DNA from: Sminthopsis crassicaudata
Taxonomy: Eukaryota
Reading direction: 5' to 3'
Length of the DNA stretch: 64,000 bases
Assembly: GCF_048593235.1 (NCBI RefSeq)
Contig: NC_133620.1
Coordinates: 429,751,261 to 429,815,260 of the forward strand
Both the position numbers and the translations under genes were made by a program. The notes beneath the pieces are model-generated. The model was given only the letters and a program-made list of their open reading frames with translations, made no database searches and had not been told where the DNA came from. Numbering within the stretch: the stretch's first letter is position 1; each line of letters begins with the position of its first letter. Below, in pieces: positions 31,684 through 43,285 of this stretch.

Positions 31684-33715
31684 TCAGGGCCTCCTGGCAG
31701 CCCTACATAGCCCACCTGTGTGTTCTAAAGGAATATATTGTCCACGTAGGACTGAGATTCCAGCATTGTGAGCTCCTGTCAGCGTCTCTAAACTTTGCCC
31801 TGTCCCTAACTTCTGCCATCAAGATCACAGTACAGATTTTAGAACTAGTGGCAACACTTGTGGGATCTAGGATAGCCTTCATTTTATATTGATATTTTGC
31901 CCATCCTTGGCACTTCCCTTCCCTTTCCTATCACTCTTGGCTCAGTAGTGGGTCTGGAGTCAAAGACCCGGGTTCAAATCCAGATAATTTTCACAAAGTG
32001 GTTGTTGTAGGTATAAAACAAGATAAAGAGTGCTTTGCAAAGTGCTATATAAATGTTAACTATTATTAGCTCAGTGCCTGGAAAATAAACCTCCAATAAA
32101 AACTCTTGACTAACTGGGAGTCAGTTCCCACAGTTGGTACTTAGCTCTCATCCCTTGCCACCCTTCCCTCCTGGGCAAATATATAACTAAAAAGCAAGGT
32201 AGTGAAGATGTCTAAATAGACTTTCTCAGTCCTATTCAGTTTTCTTCATTGGTCCTTAGGACCCTTTTTTGATATTCACCCAGTTTCCTGGTTGGTAGTT
32301 TCTTCTTTCCCTTTTCCTTTCCCTCTCTAACCATGGCAATTTTTTCATACTTTGACTTACACAAAGTTTGGGAAATTTCAAAACCTTGTGTAGCAATGAA
32401 AAGCTTTGAAGAAATCCCTACATATTTTGAAATACTTTAGTGTCACACCTCTAATACATTTTGGTTTCCCTTATTCATGAAACACCTTTTCAATTAAGAA
32501 TTTTTCTCCCTCCTACCCCCCTTACCATATCCCTTCTCCCTAGGGTGGGGGAAAAAGTACACCTTTGTAATAAATAGTCAAACAATCCAAATTCCCACAC
32601 TGGTCATGTCCAATAATATGCCTTTTTTTTTTTTTTGGATAATGAGCCCATCATCTCTGTGTTGAGGTGAGTTACATTATTCATCAATGGTCCTCCAGAA
32701 TTGTGGCTGATCATCAATCCTAAGTCTTTCAAAATTGCTCCTTTTTATCAAGCTGTTGCTCTTATATAAATTGCTTTCCTAGATATGTTCTCTTATCTGT
32801 ATCAATTCATAGTCTTTCCAGTGTTCTCTGGTCATCTTTCTCCATTTTTTATAATGCAATAATATTCCATTACTTTCATATACCATAATTTAATCAACCT
32901 ATTTCCCAATTGAGAAGTCTTTAGGTTTCCAGAGTTGCTTGTTTTTTTGTTCAGTTTGGTTTTGGTTTGTGGGGTTTTTTTTGCCAATATGAAAAAGCTG
33001 TTACTTTTTGTATCTACCAGAGCTTTCTTCTTTGATCTTTTTGGGTTATAGGTCTAATAGTATTAATCATAGTTTGATCAAGGAAAATGCACGATCTATA
33101 CATTTCAAGCATAGTTTCAAATAGCTTTCCAGAAAAGCTGAACCAATTCACTGTTCCATTTAACAGTGCCTCAACATGTTTTCCCCAAAATCCCAACATT
33201 ATTTTTACACTTTGCCAGTTATGTAAGTATAAGGTGGAACTTGAGTTGCTTTAATTTTCATTTCTCATGATTTGGAGCATTTTCCAGAAACATTACCCAG
33301 CAGGCTTTAGGTTAAAATCAAGGGCCTCCTTGAGGAAAAAAAAAATTTACTACCTGAGAGCAATATGAGGGTTTTGACAATGCTGTAGTGGGGAGATACT
33401 CAGGGACTAATATATGAGACTGGGACTTTTTAGTTCTGGCTGCTGGTGGATGCACTACCAATAGAGGGAGGGGCTCTAGCTATATAGCATATATACAGCA
33501 TCCACACATTTAGGATGCTAGGAGACTCCACAAGCATCCAAGAGAAACAATTTCAACTTACTTTGGGGTTGAGGTCAGACAAAGCCCCAGAAAGTTCCAA
33601 ACATCACAAACATACAAGGAAGTTAAGGGTATTTTTCTCCTATTCATACCCAAGAGCTCATAAAGACCTAGAACAAAAAGGATTAAACCCATTGTTTCCA
33701 GACAGCTGAATGTAG

Positions 33716-33716
<1 letters not shown>

Positions 33717-33752
<36 letters not shown>
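33717..33752. repeat. (TG)n microsatellite
   Basis: Read directly. Confidence 0.9.
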
Positions 33753-33754
<2 letters not shown>

Positions 33755-36283
33755 GTGTATAAAAAATACTTTGGCTTTCCACTGTTAACAGTGATATGCA
33801 GGTGTGATGCAGATGTGGGGGAAGACGGTAAATAAGCAAGTCCTGGCCTCTTTGATCAAAGTGTCTCAAGATCTAAGGCCTCCAGCAAGGTTTCCTGTTT
33901 TTATATTTATCTTGTCTGTAGCTTATTTGTAGATAGTAGGCACGTTTATTGACCGATTCAGTTAAACGTCATTTCTGACAAACTAGTGACGTTGTCTCCT
34001 GCAGGATATTGTTCAAACGCTTCCACCCTTACTGAAGAGCAGCTGAATTTGTTTGGTTTACCTCCTCTACAAGATGGGGAACAATATTCTCATAGCATGA
34101 GAAAAACTGAAGAGTTTATCAGTTCATCCAGACCAGACACATTTTACAGATGTGGAAACTGAGGTCCAAAGCAAGCTGCCCACGTTTTATCAGGTAGGGA
34201 GCAGAGCTGGAACATGTGCCTACCTGCATCATTGTGCTTCCTCAGATCATCTAATCTACCCCCTTAGTACTTGAGAAATTTAAGTCCTAGAAAGTGACTT
34301 TTTCCTAGCCACACAACCAGTTATTTAGTGAGATATGAATAGAGATAAATATTACTTTGAGAGGGAACCCTCATAAGTGTTTCAAAATGTACTCAGCCTG
34401 AAATTCCCATTTTCTAAGGCAGGGGTTCACCTAGGTCTGACTTAAATGGGAAAAAAAAATCATTTAAACCCAACAGATTTTCTAATTCCATGCATTCGAC
34501 TATATATATTTAAGAGGTCCACAGCTTCACTGGATGGCCAAAGAGAGAACGAGACAAAAATGACCAAGAAAACCCTTTCCAAAAGTACCAGAGCCTAGGG
34601 ACTGTGACCTAATGCCAGGTTAACCTTTTCTTATTTATCCTTGGGCCACTTCCATAATCTAATTCACTGACCCATTTTCCACCTACACATTCACCAGACT
34701 AATCAGCCTGTTTTTTGGCCTTCAATAGAACTCAAGGTCTTAACCAGTTTTTTGCTGGATGCTTCACTTTGTAGTTTTATGTAAATTTGGCTATGTATCT
34801 CCCAGGGCCTGGTGCAAAAGATTGGAGGGTCTAAATTTTTTTTCTTAAACGGACCATATTTTAGTGAATTGGTGAGAAAAGTTCTTTTACTAGTGCAGAC
34901 CGGCAAACCATTTTTGCAACTTAGTGCAGTTCTGGGGTATCAGAGCCACACTGCCTGCATACCTTTACTGCTTACAAACTTAAGTTGCTCATCTCTTTAG
35001 TGGTAAGATCTGTTTTCTGATTCTCTTTATCTATGGAACTTTTGCTGATTAAAAAAAAAAAAATCCTAGGAAAAAGATAACCTTATCCCCATTTTTTCCC
35101 CTTTGTACATAATAGCTTAGTTTGTAAAACAGTCTTAATATGCACTATATATAGCTGGTGTTGTTAACAGTATTACCTACTATGTTTTCAGGTACTGTGC
35201 TAAGTACAAGGATCTCATCTGATCCTCAAAATAGCCCTTTGAGATAGGTGCTATCATTATGCCATTTTACAGTTAAAGAAAACCAAGGCATCTGAAATGA
35301 CTTGCCCTAATTTACACAGACTGAGATTGGATTTGAGGTCCATTTGATTTGAACCAGCTCTTTATCCTGTGCCATCTAGCTGCCTCTAGGTAGATCATTT
35401 ATCATCCTTCCAATCCAATAAGCATTCAATAACTATTATTTGCTAGGTTGTGAAGATAAAAAGAAAATGCAAACCCTGTTCTCAAAAGAATTTAGTGGTG
35501 TCAGATGGAGAAAGTGCAATAACTCCTACTAATAATAATGTAACAAAAATGAAATTAATTTAGCTTTAAGAGATAAAAATCATTGCTGTTGTGGCAATCA
35601 CACTTGAGTTTGTCTGCAGTGGTAGATTAAAAACAGATTAAAAAAAATACACAAAAATGACTCCACCATGACCTCTTTAAACAAGCTACTAATATTAAAA
35701 GTCTGACAGGAAAAGGCATCAATAATTAAAAAGGTTTAATCAATACAAATTGCCAATCAAGGTCAAGTGGTCATTAAGGGTGGAAAACCTCCCAGCAACT
35801 GTTGAGGATTCTAGTTTAGCTATGGGTTAGCTGAAGTCAAAGTTTCTTAAACTGTGGGTCATGACCTGACATAGCAACTGGTAACTAAATATGGGGGTCA
35901 GAAATTATGACTATTAATCAATAAATGTTTGATTTGTATACCTTTTTTTAAATCACTATACACCTGGGATCACAATCTCTCAGGTGAAAAGGAATCCAAG
36001 TGGAAAAAGTTTAGGAAGCTCTAGCTTTGGTGATCACAAGATCCCTTTCCAACTCTTGGATGATGTGCATCTTATCAATGGAGAAATTTAACAAGATTAA
36101 TTGTTGTGCCCAAGCAAATGAAGCTTGCAGCTAAGGTGCAAGTTAAGAAGTCAAACCTGAATTTCCCATTTCTTCAGTGCCTTTCTGGGTAGTGACAGCA
36201 ACACTGGCTATGTTGCCCTTAACCCTTCTCCTTCAACACAAACTTTTAAACACACACACAAAACAGAACCTAAAACAGAAAAT

Positions 36284-36289
36284 TTTATT
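36284..36289 (-). terminator. Probable WDR77 polyadenylation signal AATAAA
   Basis: TTTATT on plus, about 860 nt past the stop. Confidence 0.5.
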
Positions 36290-37143
36290 TCACCAAGTCA
36301 TCTCAGATTCTCCATTGGGATGGCTCGTAGCAAGGAAATCTATCCTTGACATGGTCCTAACCACAGCAAGCCAACTTCTGAAAGCTGGGAAGCCTCAGGA
36401 GGTGGTGGTCAGGGCAGGCTGGTACCAGAGAACAGATCCCCAAGCCCTCCCCCTCTTCTAATCTGTCAGTTTTCTGTCTTGTCCCCACTTCCCACTTTCT
36501 CCTCAAATCCACCTGGATGCCCCTAAACCAAGTCTAACTTAACCCCGCTGGCACTTAGCCAAAACAAAACACTGAACTAGTCTCTTATGATTAGGGCAAG
36601 AAGGTATCCTTCCTGCTCTACCAAGCAAAGATTCATACCAAGGGAAAGAAACTACCTCAAATGACTAAGGCAAGAGGCTGTCCTGGTGTTCTCCAAGCTG
36701 GGAATTTCCAGTTCCTATAATCACAATAACCAAAACCCCCAAAGGGCACAGGAGGACACAGCGATGCTCCAATCTCAGCTGGTGCCCAGGATTCTGCAAA
36801 TGCTTCACCACCAGAGGGAAACTTCCGAGTAGACTCTTCTCTACCCTCTTATGTACTTTTGGGAAGGAGCAACAAGGGAAGGGGAGGGGAGGGGAGGTAA
36901 CTAGATGTGGGAACAAACGGTCCCGGATTATCATTTTTTAAAAATTTAAATATAATCTAAAAAAATAAATGGCTGTCTCCTTATGAGTCTACAGGACCCC
37001 TGGCAGAGAAACTCAGTGGCTCCCAAATGCTCAGCTCTAACAGATCAAACCTGCTACATACAGGACTTGTCTTCTCACAAACCAAGGAGTAAGTGGGTAT
37101 GGATTTGTAGGATTTTTTTTGCCTTTTCTGCCTCAAATCCAAT

Positions 37144-37315
37144 CTAGTTGCTGGCACCATTGGGATCAGGCTCAGGATCAGAAATTATAACTGGCTCTGA
37201 GGGCACAGTGTGGTGGAAAACCTGATGGTCCCAGCCCACAGTTGTGAGCAACTGGTTATTGGCTGGGGACCACGTAGCATCTCTCACAAAGTCTGTGTGG
37301 TCCCGGCTTCTGAAC
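37144..37315 (-). CDS. WDR77: WDR77 exon 10 (to stop)
   Basis: [56 protein letters not shown], 172 nt. Confidence 0.95.
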
Positions 37316-40300
37316 CTGGAAAAGGAAGAGAACAGAGCCTGGCTTGATGAGAAAGGACTAAAAGAAGAAAACAAGTTAGGTGGGTCTAAAATCTGTCATT
37401 TGAAGAGGGCATATGATCCCATCTTAAATCTACTGGCTACTAAGAATTTTAAAGCTCCAAGTGTATTCAGACCCTCAGAAGAGGTCCACCAACATCCCAA
37501 AGCCAGAGGCCAAGTGAAGACCAGCAACCTGCATGCCCTAGTTCCCGTTGGGGGCTCTTGCCATTGCTGCAGCTCCCAAGATGTAGCTGCTCTCACAGCA
37601 CAGGCCTCTGTCTCTTAGAAAGGAACTCTTGCTGAGACCCCACCTTTTACCCTCGACAGTGCAAAGTGCTGGTTTCAGGCTGGCCCCTGGTCCTAGGAAA
37701 CTTCAGACAGACAATGGACTTTTTAAATTGGGCAACCAAAGTCCTGTCATCTGAATACCAGGACAGCAAGAACCTGAGCAGACATGCTGGCTAGCTCCCC
37801 CCCCCCCCCCCCAAGGAATTCCTGCCTCAGGCTCAAGGCTTCATTCTATACTTACACCTCTGAAAGTGCACAATCAAGCACAGCTACGGAACAGTCTTCA
37901 CTGAGGGATGCCAGGAGGGGCGAACTGTAAGGAAGAAATGGCAAGAACAGCAGAGCTGGAGGCTCCCTCAACAAGCCTTTGAGTACATGTTCCTGACTTC
38001 CCCACTAGCCCAGGAGATGCTGGGCCACTGCTCAAACCTCAACAAAACATCTATAGCCAAGCAAAGGCAGGGACCAGGAGAATAGAGGATGGATTCCTGG
38101 GCCTGACACCCAGCCTACAACTTCAGCTGCACCCAAGTTTCCCCTGCCACACCAACAGCCAGATGCACGAGGGATGGAGATACCCTTGCCATTATCAGTG
38201 ACCCACCTACCACCCAAGTAATCAGGCCTGTTAGTGCTTTGCTCTGCCTGCCCAGAAGTTTGGACTTGTTTCTGGGGCTCTACCTGCAAATGTCAACCCC
38301 TCCCTAACACCATCAAGGCACTAGGTAGCATCAGGGCAGGGAGGTCAGTACCTATCGGGCGAGAACACCAGCCTCGTGACGCTGTGGGAGTGCACAGATG
38401 AGGAGAGGATCGAGTTGGGGTTCTTGAAGTCCACAAGGAAGACAGTGCCATTCTCATCACCTGTATGGCACAAACCAAGATGGCTTAAGTAAACAAGGCT
38501 TCATGGGCTACTCTCAGGCTAGACTCAAGGTGCCTCTTTGTGAGTTACCCATGGCTCGTTTCAAATCAAAACTAACTACTCAATCAACTTTTCCCCACCT
38601 CACAAGCCCTTTGGTCTGTCATGAGATTCACGGGTTTAGGGGTGGTGGTGTGCATTTTGGCTAACATATGTAAGTAAACAATCACAAAGGAGAGGTTATT
38701 TTATCATAACCACGGACAGCCAATCTCCCTCCTAAGCCCAGAGATACAAAAGAACAAGAGGCAGGTTGGCTGCTCCAAGAAAAGAAAGTAAGAGACAACT
38801 GCCTCAGCTCCAAGACTTCTTACCAAAAGTGAAAACGCGTTCCTTCTGAGGATGCCAGGCCAGTGAGGTAGGAAGGTGATGGGAGGCACTTTGGCCTGAG
38901 AAAGTGAGAACAGCAGAGGGAAATGAGCAGAACCAAAACAATGTCATACTTTCTAATTTCTAGTCCTGCTTTTTTCCCACTACCTTTTCTTGTCTTTTTG
39001 CTTTATCATGGAGAAAATTTATACAAACTGAACCTGTAAGTATAAATCAACTGGCCTATAATCATTGAAGTTAAATGAAATAAAATTATAATTGATGAAA
39101 AAAAAAAAAAAAGACAACGTCATAGAGGGCAACAGCAGTATTATTCAAAGAAAAAACCGTGAATGGCTAAGCTATTCTGAGCAATGTGACCGTTCAAATC
39201 AACTATGAAGAAAATTCTATCCACTTCCAAAGGAAAAAACTGGTTCCACGTACAGAGCTAACACAAAAGTTCTCTAACAAAGGATTAAGAGAGGAAATAT
39301 AACTCAGAACTCAAAACATGACAAAAATAAACTTAAGATTTGGCTTTTTAAAAATGAGAACAAGGGAACTGAAAACCCCAGAGGCAGAAAATCCAACTAC
39401 GTCCATTTCAGCCCTGAGCCTGGTATTAGGATACAGTCTCCCTGGACCCCATACTTCCAAGACACTAACCAATAAAGATAAACTGATATCTAAGTCCCCT
39501 TCCCCTTTCCCCCACCCACCCAACTATTGTAGTCAATGAATCAGGTCCTACCCAGGAAAAAGTGAACTCTCCTTGCTACCTGGATTAATACAATCCTACA
39601 GCAGGGTCCCAGCAAACTACAGGATAAATCCAGCAGCCGATTTTTAGATCGTTCTCTTGAATTAATAATGGTTTTTAGCATTTCATTAAAAAAAATTTTT
39701 TTTTTGGGTTAAGTGACTTGTCTGGGGTCACACAGCTAAGAAGTGTTAAGTGAGACCAGATTTGAACTCACAGGGCTGGTGCTCTACCCACTGCGCCACC
39801 TAGCTGCATTAATAGTTATAATGGATTAAAACATCATTCTTAGCTCTAGGATCCATATAACAACAGGTGGTTGCCTAGTAAGTATGTCTGCCGATCTCTG
39901 TGCCAGAAGACAGGTTGTTCTAAAAGCTCTTTCCCCAGGCTACCTTCAGACTCACCAACATGTGAAGCTGGCTTGGGGCACCGGAGATCCCACAGTAAAA
40001 CTCTGTTGTCCTACAAATAAGAGAATAGTGCTGCATGATCAGCGCAGTGGATTCCCAAGTTCCCGACCCAGCTCTGCCCTTACTGTCTGGGTCACCTGGC
40101 ACTCCCCCCTTCCCCGGGACTCCCTTTCTTCAGTGTAAGATACGGGTCTCTCCCCAAACTACCTCAGGTGACCACTCTGGGCTCTAGCAGTACCGAGCGA
40201 CTAACACCCTCGGTGTGGGCAAGGACAGGGCGTCACCTCACCTCCCCGCAGGACAGGAACAGAGCCTCCTTGTGGGGAGAAGCAGCAACGCTGGAGATGG

Positions 40301-42824
40301 GGCCAGAGTGAGCTAAGGAGGAAAGGAGCGGCGCCATCACCACCAGGCAGAAGCAGCGGGCTGGACCAAAGGGACCCCCCCACCCAGCCTCGAGGTGGCA
40401 CTCTCGTGTTTAGACGCGTGGACAGATACAAGCAGAACTGAGGAGTTTGCAGAAAACAAGGACAAGGTGAATCACAGCCGTTCCTCGGGTGCTCACAGCA
40501 TGTGGCTCCCAGGCCCCAAAGATTCCCTCTCTCTGTAACAAAGGTGAATCTCAGAGATTCTTTCCAGCTCTAGGTCTCCCTAGGATCCTCAGCTGCTTCC
40601 CTGGAGGAAGTGGTCAGCAGTGGGAGGAGACTTCTGTGAGGCTTCAGGAGGCCACCACAGGCGGAGAACACAGAAAACATCTTTTCCCTTACAACAGGAC
40701 GAATGCACGATTTTCTAATGACCAGGTAGACTCACTGGGGCCTTACCCATCAACCCACACAACTTTTACCATGAAAATGGAACCCAGAAGACAAAAATGG
40801 AAGTGGGAAGGAGAAGCAAAACTCACCTCTATAGGAAGTCAGCATTCTCTCTCCTGAAAGGTCCCAAAACTTTACGCTAAAGAGAAAAAGCAAAAAACAA
40901 AACCCTACGTTCATTACTAAACAAAATAGTTCATAAAAAGCACACGCTCAAATACAGATGCTAAATAAAGTTTAGAAAAATGAGTTTTCCCTTTACTCGG
41001 TTCCTTACCAGAAACGTTCACACCAATGCGTATTCAGATGGCCTGCTATTTTTGAGGATGTCCTCCAGTTTTGAATGTCTTAATTATTATTCAGGTTGTC
41101 TTTCCCCCCCAAGAATGAACTGGCATTGTTTAGAGGGATCAAGAGAAGAGGGGCACAAGCAGGGTCAACAGGGGAGAAGGGGGACTCACCAGAAGTCTTT
41201 GCTGCCACTGATCGCCTGCGTGCCGGTGACGAGGACGCTCACACTGGTCACTATGTCATCGTGCTCATATTTGCAGAATTTGTTGACGATAAGTTTCTCA
41301 CCCTCGTCCAGTTCCCATAGTTCCACAGCACCTAGAAGATGTGGGGAATAGAATCATGCCAGATCTACAATTCATAGGGCAGCAAGGCTCACTTCTAGGC
41401 CCCGGAGACCCTAACCCTTTAGCTTTTGTCCTAAACATCAACAAATGAGTTTCATTATTCTTCACTGAGTAAAACTGCAGGATGACGCACGCTCCTGGTC
41501 AGAGTTTTGAACTGGTTCTTTCCTCATATGGTTTTATGTTGGTGTTGGTTTCCTAGGAAAAGCCTGACCAAAAAAAAGAATAGAAGAGATTATCAGCCTT
41601 CTAGTGGGGGGGGGGGGGGGGAATGAGCTTCCTAAGGAAAAACGACCCTTTCCCAGGTCTTCCTGCAGCTCTCAGCTCAGGGGATCCATCGCTCCAGCTG
41701 GTCCAACCTAGAGAACGTCTGTCTGGCAGACCAGAGAGGGCTCCCAAACACAAGACGGGCCAGCGAACGCTGGCCCCTAGCCCCCATCCCGCCTCTCCGC
41801 CGCCGGACAGTTCCTCCTCTCCTCGGAGCTGGAGCAGGCCCGTGGAACGTCTCCCCAGTGGGCAGTTGCTCCTTCGGTTGCTGTCATTTAACAGTCTGTT
41901 TGCTTTTCTCTGTTATAAGAATTCCACAGGGAGGGGTCATTGGGAGGCAACCGGGGTGCAGGAAGTAGCAGCCATCAACAACACTTGTTCCAGAGCCCAG
42001 CTGGAGATGCTCCGCGGGGCGGCCGGCGGCACGCGGGGAGCGGCGGGGAGACCGGCCAAGGCCGGTTTCCCGAGTCTGCTCCCAGACCGTGGCAGCCCCG
42101 GCGGAAAGAGGAGCTCTTCATCGCTGGCGGGGGCGGGCGGGGGCCCAGCAAACTTTTCCTGCACCAGTCTGAGCCCGGGGCGGCCGGGGGAGCCTGCCTG
42201 CTCTGAGCTCCACTTTGACCGACACCTGCCTGAGAAGGGGCCGTGCATTCAAATCTCGGCCCCTGCAGAGTGTTCTAGGAGAGGACCCTCCCGGCCCCTG
42301 TCCCCCCCTCCCCCACCCCTCCCGGCCAAACGGCTCCGGGAGGGGCTACTCACCCGAGTCTGAGGCCACGAGGATGCCCCGGTCCCCCACCCAGGCGAGG
42401 TCCGTCAGGCCGGCTTCGGTCTGGACTCCGGCCGAGCAGAAACCCTCGTTGGGGGCCGCGTTGGGATCTTTGAACAGCCACAGGGAGCCGGCCCAGCTGC
42501 GGCCGCTCAGGCTGGACGCGCCCAGCAGCAGGGAGCAATCTGCGGGAGGAGCGGAGGCCTCGGGTCAGCGCGGCCCCGGGGGAGGGGAGAGCCGGGGCGG
42601 GGGCGGGAGGGGGCCCGCTCGGGGCCGGGGTCGGCGGGGCGGGGCTCACCGGACCGGTAGCGCGCCGCCTCCAGCTGCCGCTCCATGCAGGCCGGCGCGT
42701 TGGGAGGCAGGTTCCATTCCGGGGCATCGGGAGGCATACTCGGCGGCTCCGCCGGCGGCGGCGAGGGCGACGCCGACGCCGACTCCGACTCCGGGGGCAG
42801 CGATTGCTGCGACTCCTTCCGCAT
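37144..42824 (-). CDS. WDR77: WD repeat-containing protein 77 (MEP50, PRMT5 cofactor), 10 exons, 366 aa
   Basis: Exons: 42650-42824, 42354-42539, 41190-41331, 40827-40876, 40242-40312, 39956-40010, 38824-38895, 38352-38460, 37856-37924, 37144-37315 (1101 nt). Contains [23 protein letters not shown] and [21 protein letters not shown]. Confidence 0.96.
37856..37924 (-). CDS. WDR77: WDR77 exon 9
   Basis: [22 protein letters not shown], 69 nt. Confidence 0.93.
38352..38460 (-). CDS. WDR77: WDR77 exon 8
   Basis: [35 protein letters not shown], 109 nt. Confidence 0.93.
38824..38895 (-). CDS. WDR77: WDR77 exon 7
   Basis: [23 protein letters not shown], 72 nt. Confidence 0.92.
39695..39808 (-). 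mobile_element. WSINE1-type SINE (WDR77 intron 6)
   Basis: Reverse complement of the same head: CCACTGCGCCACCTAGCTGC. Confidence 0.8.
39956..40010 (-). CDS. WDR77: WDR77 exon 6
   Basis: [18 protein letters not shown], 55 nt. Confidence 0.93.
40242..40312 (-). CDS. WDR77: WDR77 exon 5
   Basis: [23 protein letters not shown], 71 nt. Confidence 0.92.
40827..40876 (-). CDS. WDR77: WDR77 exon 4
   Basis: [16 protein letters not shown], 50 nt. Confidence 0.9.
41190..41331 (-). CDS. WDR77: WDR77 exon 3
   Basis: [46 protein letters not shown], 142 nt. Confidence 0.95.
42354..42539 (-). CDS. WDR77: WDR77 exon 2
   Basis: [61 protein letters not shown], 186 nt. Confidence 0.95.
42650..42824 (-). CDS. 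WDR77: WDR77 exon 1
   Basis: [58 protein letters not shown], 175 nt. Confidence 0.93.
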
Positions 42825-43245
42825 CTCCGCGGCTCAGGCTCTAATCTTCTCTCGGTCCCAGGCTGCGCTTCCCACGTGGTGTCCACTCGGGGTCCCCGCC
42901 CCTCTCCGGCCGAGGGAGGCCGGAGCCCCCGCTTCTCGCGAGACTTACTTCCCGGAGCCGACCCGCCCCCTCCACTTTCCGTTAGCCGCTAGCTAAGCTA
43001 CGCTCTCCGTCCTCCCTCCTCCTCTCCTTCCCCGCCCCCCGCCCCCGTCCCTGTCCCTGCTTGCTTTCTGTTCTCGCGACAATAGGGGTTGGAGACGGGA
43101 GAAGCAGAGATTGGACGAGTCGAGAGAACTCTCGCCCTCCTCATCTCGCGAGGTTTGCCTTCCGCCATCTTAGCGCGGCCGCTGACAAGTTCTCCCCGCC
43201 GGGGTCATTGGGACGCAGAGGCTGCTGAACAGACTCTCGAGGAAC

Positions 43246-43285
43246 ATGCTGTCCCGGCTGGCTCTGCACGCTGCCGGCGCGCTGG
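43246..43285 (+). CDS. ATP5PB: ATP5PB exon 1
   Basis: MLSRLALHAAGAL, 40 nt. Confidence 0.92.

Noticed and set aside
41623-42363. 246-aa plus-strand ORF and other long ORFs in the WDR77/ATP5PB CpG island
   Set aside because: Stop-poor GC-rich DNA; low-complexity Pro/Arg/Gly/Ala translations with no recognisable domain.
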